Positions 1 to 10,199 are shown, counted from the first letter of the stretch. The stretch is DNA of 59,347 nucleotides from a virus (IMGVR_UViG_3300032288_004867:1-59347); one strand, 5' to 3'. Program-made: numbers and translations. Notes: generated from the sequence alone by a model not told the origin.

Positions 1-900
1 CAGCACCAGTATGCCCAATTAAATTTTTTATTAAAGAACCATTAGTTGCATCCCATATTCTAGAATTACCGTCTGAAGATGCTGTAACTACTTTAGTCCC
101 ATCTGGACTAAAATTAGCATCAAATACAGAAGAAATATGACCAACTAATGTGAATAATACATTACCATTAGTCACATCCCATATTCTAGCGGTTTTATCA
201 CGAGATGCTGTTACTACTTTAGTTCCATCTGGACTAAAATTTGCATCATATACAGCACCAGTATGCCCAATTAAATTTTTTATTAAAGAACCATTAGTTG
301 CATCCCATATTCTAGAATTACCGTCTGAAGATGCTGTAACTACTTTAGTCCCATCTGGACTAAACATGGCACTATATACAGAGCTAGTATGACCAGATAA
401 CTTAAATAAACTATTACCATTGGTTGCATCCCATATTCTAGCAGTATCATCATATGAAGCTGTCACTACTTTAGTTCCATCTGGACTAAAATTTGCATCA
501 TATACCATATCAGTATGCCCAATCAATGTGAATAATGAATTACCATTAGATACATCCCATATTCTAGCGGTTTTATCAATAGATGCTGTTACTACTTTAG
601 TCCCATCTGGACTAAACATGGCGCTATATACAGAGCTAGTATGACCAGATAACTTAAATAAACTATTACCATTAGATACATCCCATATTCTAGCGGTTTT
701 ATCATATGAAACTGTAACTACTTTAGTCCCATCTGGGTTGAATTTAGCATAATCTACCATATTAGTATGACCAGATAACTTAAATAAACTATTACCATTG
801 GTTGCATCCCATATTCTAGCAGTATTATCACGAGATGATGTTACTACTTTAGACCCATCTGGACTAAACATGGCATTACTTAAAGGAAAAGTATGACCAG
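1..900 (-). repeat. At least 8 WD40 repeats, 126-bp period
   Basis: His codons of the GH motif at 893, 767, 641, 515, 389, 263, 137 and 11. Consensus GHTxxVxxAxFSPDGTKVVTASxDxTARIWD. Confidence 0.95.
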
Positions 901-3343
901 ATAATGTAAATAATAAACTTGCATTTTTAGCTCTACATTTACCATCTTCATAATCAGGATATTTATCAATATCATAAACATCATTTGGGAAATATACATC
1001 AAAACTAGGTGGCGCAACATCTGGCTCTTTTTTAATTTCTGGTTTTTTTTCAACATTAACAACTTCAGTTTTTACAATTTCTTCTTGTGTTAATATTGCT
1101 TGTAAATCTTCTTGTGGAATACAACCAGCAAAATAAGAAGCTAAGAAATCATCATAAGTTTCTGGAGATATACCTGTCGCTTTACCAATAAAATTTAAAT
1201 AATTAGGGTGGTCAATTATTATTTTCCAACTTAAATTACCACTTCTTTCAGTATTGTTATAGGTATACACAGGTTCACCTCTACCAATGAAATTATGTTT
1301 ATCCCAACTTGCTGATGTTGATTCGCTAAAATTGATATCATACGGTGGAAACCACATAATTCTACCTCTATGATTACTTAAAGGGTCACCAGGTCCAACT
1401 TCACATGGTAATAAATTAACTAAGTTATCATTCCATGCTAAATTTTCAATTGAAAACATATACCTTTTATTGTCAGTATCACCCCTATATGTTTTCATTT
1501 TATTACCAGCAGATGTAACACCTTCAGCATCAACAACTTGAGCCATTTTATCTTTTTTATATGGTGCTACTCTAGCAAAACCGTTGTCTTCTAAAACAGA
1601 AAATTCAACATTTCTTCTAAAAATTACACTATTTTTAGTCCCACCATATAAACTTCTATTTTTTTGTAAATCAAGTACTTGAGAATATCTATCATATGTT
1701 GTCCAAGTTCTACAAAAAACATTTTCAGGTCCTTTATCTTCATTTTTTAAAAGTGCGTTTTTTGATAATACACCACTACCTTTAGATGTATATTTACCAA
1801 CATTAGATACTGATGAATTTATTTGAGTTTTGTCATCTTCTTTAATACCATGTCCTGTTATTAAAGTTCTCATATAACCACTATTAAATAATTTTTGAGT
1901 TTTATATAATAAAGTTTTTTCATTTGATTTAGTACCAATAAATAATTCATTAGAACCAATATTTGGTTCAACATTACTATCTTTATTATATTTTAAGTCA
2001 GGCCAACCCCAAGAATCTTTATACATAAAAGAAACACCACCTTTTTGTGAATTATAATCATTTCTTCTAAAATAATATTTATCCCAACCATCTTGAGATA
2101 TTTGTTCACTTCTAGCATAATTACCAGATGATATTGGAATATTTTCATCACCACTTAAAAAATTAAAAATATCACCTTTACCATTATCTCTAGCATATAA
2201 AAAAGGATTTAAACCATCACCAGTATTTTCACCTTTTGATACTCTATCATCATTATATCCTGGTGCATAACCCTTTCTTAAAATCCTATTACCTGGGTTT
2301 TGTATATTTGTATTTGCTCTTAAGTTAGTAAATAATGAATTAACTTGACCTTTACCTGAATTTTTAATTATTTCATTACCTCTTTCAATATTACCAATTG
2401 TTATAATACCACCTTTATCATCAAAACTAAAAATACTTTGTTGTAATAAACTAACAGGTGCTTGAACACCTAATACGTTTGCTGCAAAATTTAAAATTTT
2501 ACCACCATTGGTTGAATTTTTTGGTACAGTAACTTGATAGTTTAAAGTAATTAAATCGGTACCCCTTATTAATGATAGTGGATTTAAATTTAAACTACCT
2601 AAAGTTTCTTGTTGTAAACCAAATGCTGCATTATAACCAACATGTGCTAATAATTGTTGACCACCTATATTACCTAAAGGTGTATCGTTTATAACTCCAG
2701 TTGCACCTAATACTCTACCTAATAAAGTTGACCTAATATCTTCATTTGCAACTAAACCACCAGTGGAATTAAAACCAACACCTTGACCACTTGCAATACC
2801 AGCTATTATATCAGCAGCTTGTGTAGATGGTCCACCAACATTTAAATTATTATTTTCATCAATATAAGAAGTTAAATTTTGATAAGCAGCAACTGGTTGA
2901 GTATTTAAATTAATTACAGTTTGCTTTTCTTTATCAATATAAACATTTTTAGTTGTTAAATCTTGTCTTATTGATTCACTAGTAACTAAATTACCATTAT
3001 AATAAAATTGACCATTTAATAATTCATTATTACTTGTATATGGTCCAGATTGAGTTATTGTACTATTAATTGAATTATTAAAAACTATATCAACTTGAGT
3101 ATAATCATTTTCAGTACCTTGATATTGATTTAGTATAGTATTTAATTCTTGATAAACAGGACCAGTATTACTAATACTATTTGAAGGTTGTACTGCATTT
3201 GGTGAAGTTTCAATTTCAGTTGGTTTACCAATACCACCTAATAATGATTCTAAACCATTATCAACAACCGTATCGGTAACTAAATTTTTTAATAATAAAT
3301 AATCCCTAAAAGAAGGTGATAATAAATTTATTGAATTTGGCAT
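1..3343 (-). CDS. Large baseplate/tail-tube-initiator-like virion protein (T4 gp48/54-like domain) with C-terminal WD40 repeats; 3' end runs off the window
   Basis: Absent from the ORF track because no stop lies in the window. ATG at 3343 (MPNSINLLSPSFRDYLLLKN) is in the same frame as GHTGA at the left edge. Contains MWFPPYDINFSESTSASWDKHNFIGRGEPVYTYNNTERSG and lies downstream of the tape measure gene. Confidence 0.75.
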   Translation of the reverse strand, partial: MPNSINLLSPSFRDYLLLKNLVTDTVVDNGLESLLGGIGKPTEIETSPNAVQPSNSISNTGPVYQELNTILNQYQGTENDYTQVDIVFNNSINSTITQSGPYTSNNELLNGQFYYNGNLVTSESIRQDLTTKNVYIDKEKQTVINLNTQPVAAYQNLTSYIDENNNLNVGGPSTQAADIIAGIASGQGVGFNSTGGLVANEDIRSTLLGRVLGATGVINDTPLGNIGGQQLLAHVGYNAAFGLQQETLGSLNLNPLSLIRGTDLITLNYQVTVPKNSTNGGKILNFAANVLGVQAPVSLLQQSIFSFDDKGGIITIGNIERGNEIIKNSGKGQVNSLFTNLRANTNIQNPGNRILRKGYAPGYNDDRVSKGENTGDGLNPFLYARDNGKGDIFNFLSGDENIPISSGNYARSEQISQDGWDKYYFRRNDYNSQKGGVSFMYKDSWGWPDLKYNKDSNVEPNIGSNELFIGTKSNEKTLLYKTQKLFNSGYMRTLITGHGIKEDDKTQINSSVSNVGKYTSKGSGVLSKNALLKNEDKGPENVFCRTWTTYDRYSQVLDLQKNRSLYGGTKNSVIFRRNVEFSVLEDNGFARVAPYKKDKMAQVVDAEGVTSAGNKMKTYRGDTDNKRYMFSIENLAWNDNLVNLLPCEVGPGDPLSNHRGRIMWFPPYDINFSESTSASWDKHNFIGRGEPVYTYNNTERSGNLSWKIIIDHPNYLNFIGKATGISPETYDDFLASYFAGCIPQEDLQAILTQEEIVKTEVVNVEKKPEIKKEPDVAPPSFDVYFPNDVYDIDKYPDYEDGKCRAKNASLLFTLSGHTFPLSNAMFSPDGSKVVTSSRDNTARIWDATNGNSLFKLSGHTNMVDYAKFNPDGTKVVTVSYDKTARIWDVSNGNSLFKLSGHTSSVYSAMFSPDGTKVVTASIDKTARIWDVSNGNSLFTLIGHTDMVYDANFSPDGTKVVTASYDDTARIWDATNGNSLFKLSGHTSSVYSAMFSPDGTKVVTASSDGNSRIWDATNGSLIKNLIGHTGAVYDANFSPDGTKVVTASRDKTARIWDVTNGNVLFTLVGHISSVFDANFSPDGTKVVTASSDGNSRIWDATNGSLIKNLIGHTGA

Positions 3344-3404
3344 AGTTTAAATTCTTTCTATATAAATACTATGCTAATAAAAATTTTGAAAAAATAAATA
3401 AACT

Positions 3405-3540
3405 ATAATATTATTATTAATTATATTATATATTATTTATTGTATATTATTAATTATATTATATATTATTTATTATAATTTATATTATTAATTATATATA
3501 ATATTATTATATTATAATATATTAAAATAATAGTATATTT
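3405..3540. repeat. Almost pure A/T intergenic tract with an imperfect ~33-bp tandem unit
   Basis: TATTATTAATTATATTATATATTATTTATT occurs twice plus a partial copy. About 2 G/C in ~135 bp. Confidence 0.75.
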
Positions 3541-3588
3541 ATTTCTATTTAGCAACTTTTTTATTAATTTTAACAAAAAATTAACAAA

Positions 3589-6132
3589 TTATTTTTTACC
3601 TGATTTTTTTGGTCCACCACCTGATAATTTACCACCACCAGCAGCCATGGCAATTTCTTTATTAATTGCTTCATTAATTCTTCTAATAAATTCTGGTGTA
3701 TTTGCCAATTGAGAACCTAATTTTTCGTTTCCTGGAATATTAACATCGATTGTTATCTTCATATCTTCAAATTTATGAGTCATCTCACCAGGCATTGAAG
3801 ATGAATTCTTTGAAAGTTCTTGAGCTAATTTAGCATTACCATTTACACTAGTACCAGCTATTTGAACTGCATCATTAACTTTTAAAAATTTATCTTGTTC
3901 ATGAAACATTACTGCATCATTAAATTTATGTGTGGGTACAGTATTTGATTTATTTTTACCTCTAGTACCTTTAGTCACATATTCATCATAAATACCCATA
4001 CCAAGACCAAGACCACCACCTATTAACGCACCCCATGGTCCAAACATAGAACCCATAGCAGCATATTCCAAACCTTTAGCACCAATACCTAACATTTTAC
4101 CACCAGTGCTTTCAGGATTATCCATTTGACTTCTACCATATTGCATACCCATACCTAATGCACCTAAACCTAATCCAAGACCCATAGAACCCATAGTTCC
4201 CGCAGCAAATTTACCACCAGCAACATTTTTACCCATCATCTTACCCATTAAACTAGTTGCACCACCACCTCCAGGCACACCACCACCTCCAGGCACACCA
4301 CCAAACATACCACCAGTACCTAGTTTAAATCCTTGAGCTAATGCTAAACCACTTGCAATCCATTTAGCACCTTCAAATAAAATTCCACCAAATGTGGCAC
4401 CACCAGCAACAACTGCTGAAGTTATTGGATTATTTTTCATGAAATCACCAATATATTTTATAAAATCACCAATACCAGTAATTACATCTTCAACCATAGT
4501 TCTAAATTCTGAACTATTAAACCATTTAGCTAAATCTTTAACTCTATCACCAAAATTTTCTCTTAATGATTTAGCTAATGGTAATAACATTTCTTTAACC
4601 ATTAAAATCAAATCTTGAATGGTTTCATCAAAAGACCTACCAAACTCAGCTCTTTCTTCTAAAGTTTTATCTTCAGCTTTAATCCTTTCAATATCACGTT
4701 GATTTAAATCCTTTAAATCTTTACTAAAACTACCAGCCTCAACTTTCCATTTACCATCTTCAAATTTTGCAAAAGAACTTATTAATTCAGAATCAGCTTC
4801 ACTGAACATACCACCCTTAAGACCTCTTTTAACTTCTTCTAATTGCGCTTGAGCTTCACCCATTTCTTGAAGTTTTTCAACTGAAATACCAGTTGCATCA
4901 GAAATCTCACGCATCAAATCAAGTGAACCTGGTTTAATTTCCATTTCACCAGTTTCTTTATTGAATGTAACAAATTGAGATGTTGCCTTTCCAATATCTT
5001 TTGAAAATCCAGCAAAGTCATTTCTTGCTTTAAACATTAATTGCATAGGGTCACCCAAAGCAGCAAATTTACCACCTAAAGTTGTTAATCTAGCAGCCAT
5101 TTCTATTGCACCTTCTGGTCTAAATACTTTTTCAGCCATACCAGCAATACCATCCATATCCAATCTAAGTTTTGTAGCCTCAGCAGATAATTTAGCTAAA
5201 CCAGCAATACCACCTTTGAAATTAAATCTTTGTGCTAATTTTAAATTGTTTTGTAATGATTTTAATGCTGCGGCACCATTAACACCAATTTTTGCAGCTT
5301 TATTCATAGTGTTTTCAACAATAGTACTAGTTCTTTCAGCTGAAATGTTAAATTTATCCATTTCACCAGCAATACCGATAGCAAATTCTTTACCTAATCC
5401 AGTACCTTCAGACATTCTACCCATTGCAATATAACCTTCTTTGGTTAACATTACTGACCTACCAATAGCCTCACTATAACCTTGTTGCATTTCAGCTAAA
5501 TCTTTAACACCAACACCCCACATTGTTGTTGATTTAGCAGCACCTCTAATACTATTAAAAATATTATCATAAGTTTTTTCTGAACCAGCCATGCTTTTAT
5601 TAGCATTCAATATTGGTTTTTCAATATCAAAGATTCCAGTACTTTTAAGCATACCATAACCTTTACTAATCAATCCAGGGGTTTTACCTAAAAACCCAAC
5701 AGCTGAACCTAAACCAGCACTTAATAAACTAGCTTGCTTTGCTTGCTCAGTTAATTGTGCAGTTTGTTCTTTAAGTAACCCTAATTCTTTTTCGGTTATT
5801 TTTAAACCTTCTTTTTTAGCTGCAAGAATTTTTCTTAATTCATCATCTTTTTTTTGTAATGCTTTTATTTCTTCAGCATCACCATCAGCAGTCGCTTTAT
5901 TAAGTTTTTTTGTATTTTCTAATAAATCTTTTTCAGCTTTAGATTGTTCTTCCTTTAACTGAGTAACCTTTTGTTCAATAAACTGAATATTTTTTTGTAG
6001 CTCACCAATTTTCTTCATGGTTTCAAAATAACCACCAAGACTACTATTCATCTTTTGTTGAATTTCAAGTGACTCCTTTTGGGCCGCTTTCCATTCTTCA
6101 AATTTCTTCTTATCAAATTCGTATTTAGCCAT
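3589..6132 (-). CDS. Tail tape measure protein
   Basis: 847 aa with coiled-coil N-terminus, Ala/Gly-rich helical body and hydrophobic Gly-rich segments (GPWGALIGGGLGLG). Lies downstream of tube and chaperone genes. Confidence 0.8.
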   Translation of the reverse strand: MAKYEFDKKKFEEWKAAQKESLEIQQKMNSSLGGYFETMKKIGELQKNIQFIEQKVTQLKEEQSKAEKDLLENTKKLNKATADGDAEEIKALQKKDDELRKILAAKKEGLKITEKELGLLKEQTAQLTEQAKQASLLSAGLGSAVGFLGKTPGLISKGYGMLKSTGIFDIEKPILNANKSMAGSEKTYDNIFNSIRGAAKSTTMWGVGVKDLAEMQQGYSEAIGRSVMLTKEGYIAMGRMSEGTGLGKEFAIGIAGEMDKFNISAERTSTIVENTMNKAAKIGVNGAAALKSLQNNLKLAQRFNFKGGIAGLAKLSAEATKLRLDMDGIAGMAEKVFRPEGAIEMAARLTTLGGKFAALGDPMQLMFKARNDFAGFSKDIGKATSQFVTFNKETGEMEIKPGSLDLMREISDATGISVEKLQEMGEAQAQLEEVKRGLKGGMFSEADSELISSFAKFEDGKWKVEAGSFSKDLKDLNQRDIERIKAEDKTLEERAEFGRSFDETIQDLILMVKEMLLPLAKSLRENFGDRVKDLAKWFNSSEFRTMVEDVITGIGDFIKYIGDFMKNNPITSAVVAGGATFGGILFEGAKWIASGLALAQGFKLGTGGMFGGVPGGGGVPGGGGATSLMGKMMGKNVAGGKFAAGTMGSMGLGLGLGALGMGMQYGRSQMDNPESTGGKMLGIGAKGLEYAAMGSMFGPWGALIGGGLGLGMGIYDEYVTKGTRGKNKSNTVPTHKFNDAVMFHEQDKFLKVNDAVQIAGTSVNGNAKLAQELSKNSSSMPGEMTHKFEDMKITIDVNIPGNEKLGSQLANTPEFIRRINEAINKEIAMAAGGGKLSGGGPKKSGKK

Positions 6133-6134
6133 AA

Positions 6135-7532
6135 TTAATATGCATCTAGAACTCTTATTGCTCTATTTTCTTCATTTTTAGTACCATCATTAACAATTAA
6201 AGTTGCTCTAAATTCATTTTTAGCATCACCAAGTAAAGAATTAACTTTAAATATAAAACCATCACCATATAAAAATACGGTTAAACCTCCTTTAACATTT
6301 GTTCTTTTTTTAGCTTTTACTTTATATTTTTTAGTTAAATCAATAGTTAATTCACCTCTGGTAAATGATTTATCTAATAATTGTACATAATATTCTACGT
6401 TATTTTTAAAAAAATCAATAACAACATTCTTTTCTTTTTTATCATCATCTTTAGATGATGATGTATTAAAATTCTTTAAGATATCTTTAGCTGCTAATAT
6501 ACCTTTTGGTTTACCACCAACTAAACTTTTCCAAAAATTAGGTTTAGATAAAAAAGCTGATTTAAATGTTGGGTCATTTAAAACCAAACTAGTTATGTCC
6601 TCAACAGACATATCATCAATTTCCTCATCAGAAAAATCTTCTATTTCTTTACCTGACTCTTCTTTATTATCTTTATCTTTTTCATTAAAAGAACCAATTG
6701 GGTCAATTTCTTTAATATTTTTTATAGTAATAACATCATATGCTCTATTACCTTGTTTATCTTCACCTTCTTTTAATTTCTTAAATTTAATAGTATAAAC
6801 AGAGTCAACATTTTCTTCATCTGCTATTGATGATACTTTTTGTTGAACGTTTTGTTTTGATAAATCTAAAATTAATTCAGCATTTATTAAATCAGTATAT
6901 GCCTTTGCTGGACCAATTAAGTTATTATATTCAAAAAATAAACTATTTTCTTTATTATCAATTAAATTTAAATCTATTTCACCACCATTTGATAGTGTAA
7001 ACTTATATGTTGTACCAGGTTTAAGTGATTTTAATTCATCATAAATTGGTGTCAAATCTTTAACTGGTATATAGTTTTTAAATTTTTCATCTTCAGCTTC
7101 TGGTTTAACAATATCGATTGCTTCACCACCCATTAATATTTTATCAAGATTTTTAAATGATGACTTTTTCCATTTATCAATTGGAAATGATTTTAATATT
7201 GCTGATAATTTTTTAGAGTCATCTTTTTCGTCTTTTAAATTATCTGGTAAATTTTTTAATATATTTATTGTTTTAAATGATAAATTGTTATCAGTTAAAT
7301 CACTAACCGTAAGGAAAAAATAATTATTCTTATAAACGCCATTATCTAAATTTTTTAGATATAGTTGACCACTATCATTGAATATGACTTCAAAGTTTAA
7401 AACTTCACCGTTTTTATCGGTATATTCTAACTTATCACCTTTTTTAAGTTTTTTAATAATATCTTGATATTTGGCTTCAGATACTAAACCATTTGATATT
7501 AATAAAGTCCATTCATTTATTATAAGTTTCAT
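6135..7532 (-). CDS. Hypothetical protein, possibly an internal virion protein
   Basis: 465-aa ORF with N-terminal IINE/VSE motifs and an upstream TATTTAT motif. Confidence 0.6.
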   Translation of the reverse strand: MKLIINEWTLLISNGLVSEAKYQDIIKKLKKGDKLEYTDKNGEVLNFEVIFNDSGQLYLKNLDNGVYKNNYFFLTVSDLTDNNLSFKTINILKNLPDNLKDEKDDSKKLSAILKSFPIDKWKKSSFKNLDKILMGGEAIDIVKPEAEDEKFKNYIPVKDLTPIYDELKSLKPGTTYKFTLSNGGEIDLNLIDNKENSLFFEYNNLIGPAKAYTDLINAELILDLSKQNVQQKVSSIADEENVDSVYTIKFKKLKEGEDKQGNRAYDVITIKNIKEIDPIGSFNEKDKDNKEESGKEIEDFSDEEIDDMSVEDITSLVLNDPTFKSAFLSKPNFWKSLVGGKPKGILAAKDILKNFNTSSSKDDDKKEKNVVIDFFKNNVEYYVQLLDKSFTRGELTIDLTKKYKVKAKKRTNVKGGLTVFLYGDGFIFKVNSLLGDAKNEFRATLIVNDGTKNEENRAIRVLDAY

Positions 7533-7570
7533 TTAAATATTAGTTGTTAGTAATAAATATCTAAACCAAA

Positions 7571-7602
7571 GAAAAATACCCAACTTTTTATTAGTTGGGT
7601 AT
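7571..7602 (-). terminator. Rho-independent terminator overlapping the stop of the 87-aa ORF
   Basis: ATACCCAACT-loop-AGTTGGGTAT followed by TTTTCTTT on the minus strand. Confidence 0.7.
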
Positions 7603-7854
7603 CTCTCCAGATTTTAATTTTGCTTTTAATTGGTCGCCAGAAACTTTTGTTGTTCTACTACCTTTTGCATTTTTATTTGCGTATTTTTCTTTTTCTTCTT
7701 CAATTACCTCTGATTTTTTTTGATTTTCATTAAGTAATAAATTTAAATATTGTCTTCTTTCATATACTGACATATTTAAAACATCGTTATAAGTAAAACC
7801 AATATGTTTAACACAATAATAAATTTCTTCTAACAAATAAGTTTTATAGTTCAA
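7591..7854 (-). CDS. Tail assembly chaperone T-like / T4 gp51-like protein; likely frameshift extension of the upstream gene
   Basis: EEIYYCVKHIGFTYNDVLNMSVYERRQYL pattern. Has only a TTG start and overlaps the upstream gene. Confidence 0.65.
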   Translation of the reverse strand: MNYKTYLLEEIYYCVKHIGFTYNDVLNMSVYERRQYLNLLLNENQKKSEVIEEEKEKYANKNAKGSRTTKVSGDQLKAKLKSGEIPN

Positions 7855-8941
7855 AGTCAGGCCAAAAAAACTTGATTGTAAAGGGAAGAAATCGAGTAAC
7901 GGACTCTCCCCCAGGAGTCCTGAACGTAATGTTCATGTCAATTCCACAATTTATATCAACAATATGTTCTTTTAATTTTTTACTATCCATTATTCTCATG
8001 TTTTCAATAAAATCAGAAATATAACTTTTCTCTCTAATACCATCAATATCAATAATTTGAGATTCAAGTAATAAAGTTGCTTCAGTATTAATTAAATTAT
8101 TTTCTTCTTTTAAGAATCGTGATAACTTTTCAAGTTCATCAATCTCACCAATTGTTAATAATTTAAATTTTACAGTTGATTTTGAAACTGGTAAAGTAAA
8201 TGAAAATAAACCTTCATTATCTGGCTCAACTGGTAATTTTTTAACTTTTAATTTTGTTAAATCAACTTCAGTATCAAATGGTTTATTATTTTCATCTAAA
8301 ATCGTCACTGGATACATCTCACCATAACCAGTAGCTCTAAGCCAAATCATAATAGCATCTCTATCACCAGGTAATAAATCCCTATATCTTAATTCTGATT
8401 CTAATACTTTTCTATTTATTAAAATTTCTAAGAAATCACCACTCTCTAATAAGTTTGGTGATGTTAATATATTTTCATCAGCAGCAGTTAAAAAAGATAC
8501 TTTAATTTTACCTTTTTTGTTTTTATATAATTTACCTTCACTTGGTAAAGGAATAATATCATAAGGTTGATTCATTTGTGGTTGACTAATTTCAGACAAC
8601 TTTGCATCAAGATTTGATTTAACTTCCTTTGGTAAAGATTTTATTGGACTTTGTATTGGTTGTGAAAATACTTGTGTTTGTTGTGGTTGAACTTCAACTT
8701 GTGGATTTAATGTAGTAGAAACAACATCGTTATTAGCCAATTCAGCTTGTCTTAAAGCTTCTTCTCTAGCTTTTAATTGTTCATATGTTCTTCTTGCCAT
8801 TTCAGCAGCAGCCGCAGCTTCACCAGATGATACTTGTCCAGATGTAATTGTTTGTTCTTGTTGTTTTGCGATTTCTTCACCAGTTTGATTTGCAGATGCA
8901 ATTTGTTCTGGGGTTGGAAAAACCTTTGGTCTATTATCCAT
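7844..8941 (-). CDS. T4 gp26-like baseplate hub / tail assembly chaperone
   Basis: LPSEGKLY...LTAADENIL...GDRDAIMIWLRATGYG...FTLPVSKSTVKFKLLT...FFWP. Lies between tube and tape measure genes. Confidence 0.75.
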   Translation of the reverse strand: MDNRPKVFPTPEQIASANQTGEEIAKQQEQTITSGQVSSGEAAAAAEMARRTYEQLKAREEALRQAELANNDVVSTTLNPQVEVQPQQTQVFSQPIQSPIKSLPKEVKSNLDAKLSEISQPQMNQPYDIIPLPSEGKLYKNKKGKIKVSFLTAADENILTSPNLLESGDFLEILINRKVLESELRYRDLLPGDRDAIMIWLRATGYGEMYPVTILDENNKPFDTEVDLTKLKVKKLPVEPDNEGLFSFTLPVSKSTVKFKLLTIGEIDELEKLSRFLKEENNLINTEATLLLESQIIDIDGIREKSYISDFIENMRIMDSKKLKEHIVDINCGIDMNITFRTPGGESVTRFLPFTIKFFWPDFEL

Positions 8942-9041
8942 AATTAAAACTTATTAATTTTTATATTTATTTATTTATTGTTTCAAAAATAAATATAGGT
9001 CAATAAATTTTTTTGTAAATAATATTAATAATTACTTTTAT

Positions 9042-9506
9042 TTAATTTTTTTTAAAATCGGTTTCACCCGCATAAAAGTTTTTTGAAAAACTAACAGCAT
9101 AACCATTTTCATCTTTACCTATATATGAACCTTGGTCACCTTTTTTAACTGATTTACCATCTGAAAATATTTTATCATCACCTAACCAAGTAATAGAATC
9201 ACCATAATTTAAATTATTAGTAATTGGTGTATTAAATGATTCGTTTATACTTTTAATTCTTTTATCCCTAGGTACAGCATATTCTTCACTACCATCGTTA
9301 TATCTAATAAGATAAAAAATTTCATTATTAAGATTGGTTTTGTATTCAATTACTTCACCATCTTTTCCGTTAAATTGAATTTTAGAACCAACTGGTATTA
9401 ATTTATTATCAAAATCTTCATTAATAAATTTTTTTAATTCAAAATATCTTTGTTCAGCCAATAAATTAGCTTTTTGTATGTTTAATTTTTTATCAAATCT
9501 TCTCAT
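9042..9506 (-). CDS. Hypothetical protein with two small beta-barrel-like (SH3/Tudor-like) domains
   Basis: 154 aa. A leader is followed by two INE-delimited domains (PVGSKIQF..GEVI and NYGDSITW..GSYIG). Confidence 0.55.
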   Translation of the reverse strand: MRRFDKKLNIQKANLLAEQRYFELKKFINEDFDNKLIPVGSKIQFNGKDGEVIEYKTNLNNEIFYLIRYNDGSEEYAVPRDKRIKSINESFNTPITNNLNYGDSITWLGDDKIFSDGKSVKKGDQGSYIGKDENGYAVSFSKNFYAGETDFKKN

Positions 9507-9537
9507 TACTTTTATTTATAAATATTTAAATTAAAAT

Positions 9538-9564
9538 AAAAAAACCTATATTTCTATAGGTTTT
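9538..9564. terminator. Hairpin terminator
   Basis: AAAACCTATA-TTTC-TATAGGTTTT. Confidence 0.55.
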
Positions 9565-9670
9565 CTTGATATTGTTTTAATAACTCATAATTTTTATCAA
9601 TTAATCGTAATTTTTTAGCTAGGTTAACCCTATTTCTTTTAGGTTTACCATCCTTCTTTGCCTTTGCCAT
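9554..9670 (-). CDS. Small basic 38-aa protein
   Basis: MAKAKKDGKPKRNRVNLAKKLRLIDKNYELLKQYQENL. ATG at 9670 avoids overlap with the tube gene. Confidence 0.5.
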   Translation of the reverse strand: MAKAKKDGKPKRNRVNLAKKLRLIDKNYELLKQYQENL

Positions 9671-9710
9671 AATGCTTATATTTGATAAAGTTTTTTTTGT
9701 TAAATAAAAA

Positions 9711-10199
9711 TCAAAACAAAAGTATTGCTCTGTCAAATCTTAAATCAGCAGTGATATCAGCAATCGCATCATCATCCATTGATAAGTCACCAAAGTTAAC
9801 ATTTGTTAACATAGTACCTTGTAATTGCCATTTTTCAATAACAACACCAGTTGGGTCAAGCATTTCTAATTCAACATCTTTTTTATAACCAGCGGCATAA
9901 CCTTGTCTACCTGTGATAGATTCTGATTGTAAACGAACCCATTCCATAATAGCTTGAGCAGCAGAAGGACCAATTGGGTCTCTAAATGTTACACTTATAG
10001 ATTCCCAAGTAAATCTACCGATTACCCATGTAGAAGTATTTAAGAAAGGAATCTCAACTTCGTTTTGTGTGATAGAAGGTCTTGAAGCAGACGCTAACCA
10101 CCATTCTTGTATACCCAAGTCAGCTGGAAATCTTAAAAGCCATCTATTCTTCTTTTTTGGCTCATAAGGTACGGGCATTTTCATCAATAAATCAGCCAT
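9711..10199 (-). CDS. Tail tube protein (T4 gp19-like)
   Basis: YEPKKKNRW, ASRPSI, GRFTWESISVTFRDPI, YKKD, LDPTGVVIEKWQLQG. Directly follows the sheath gene. Confidence 0.92.
   Translation of the reverse strand: MADLLMKMPVPYEPKKKNRWLLRFPADLGIQEWWLASASRPSITQNEVEIPFLNTSTWVIGRFTWESISVTFRDPIGPSAAQAIMEWVRLQSESITGRQGYAAGYKKDVELEMLDPTGVVIEKWQLQGTMLTNVNFGDLSMDDDAIADITADLRFDRAILLF

Noticed and set aside
150-1062. Short ORFs at 150, 420 and 880 in the track
   Set aside because: Antisense or alternate-frame shadows of the WD40-containing gene.
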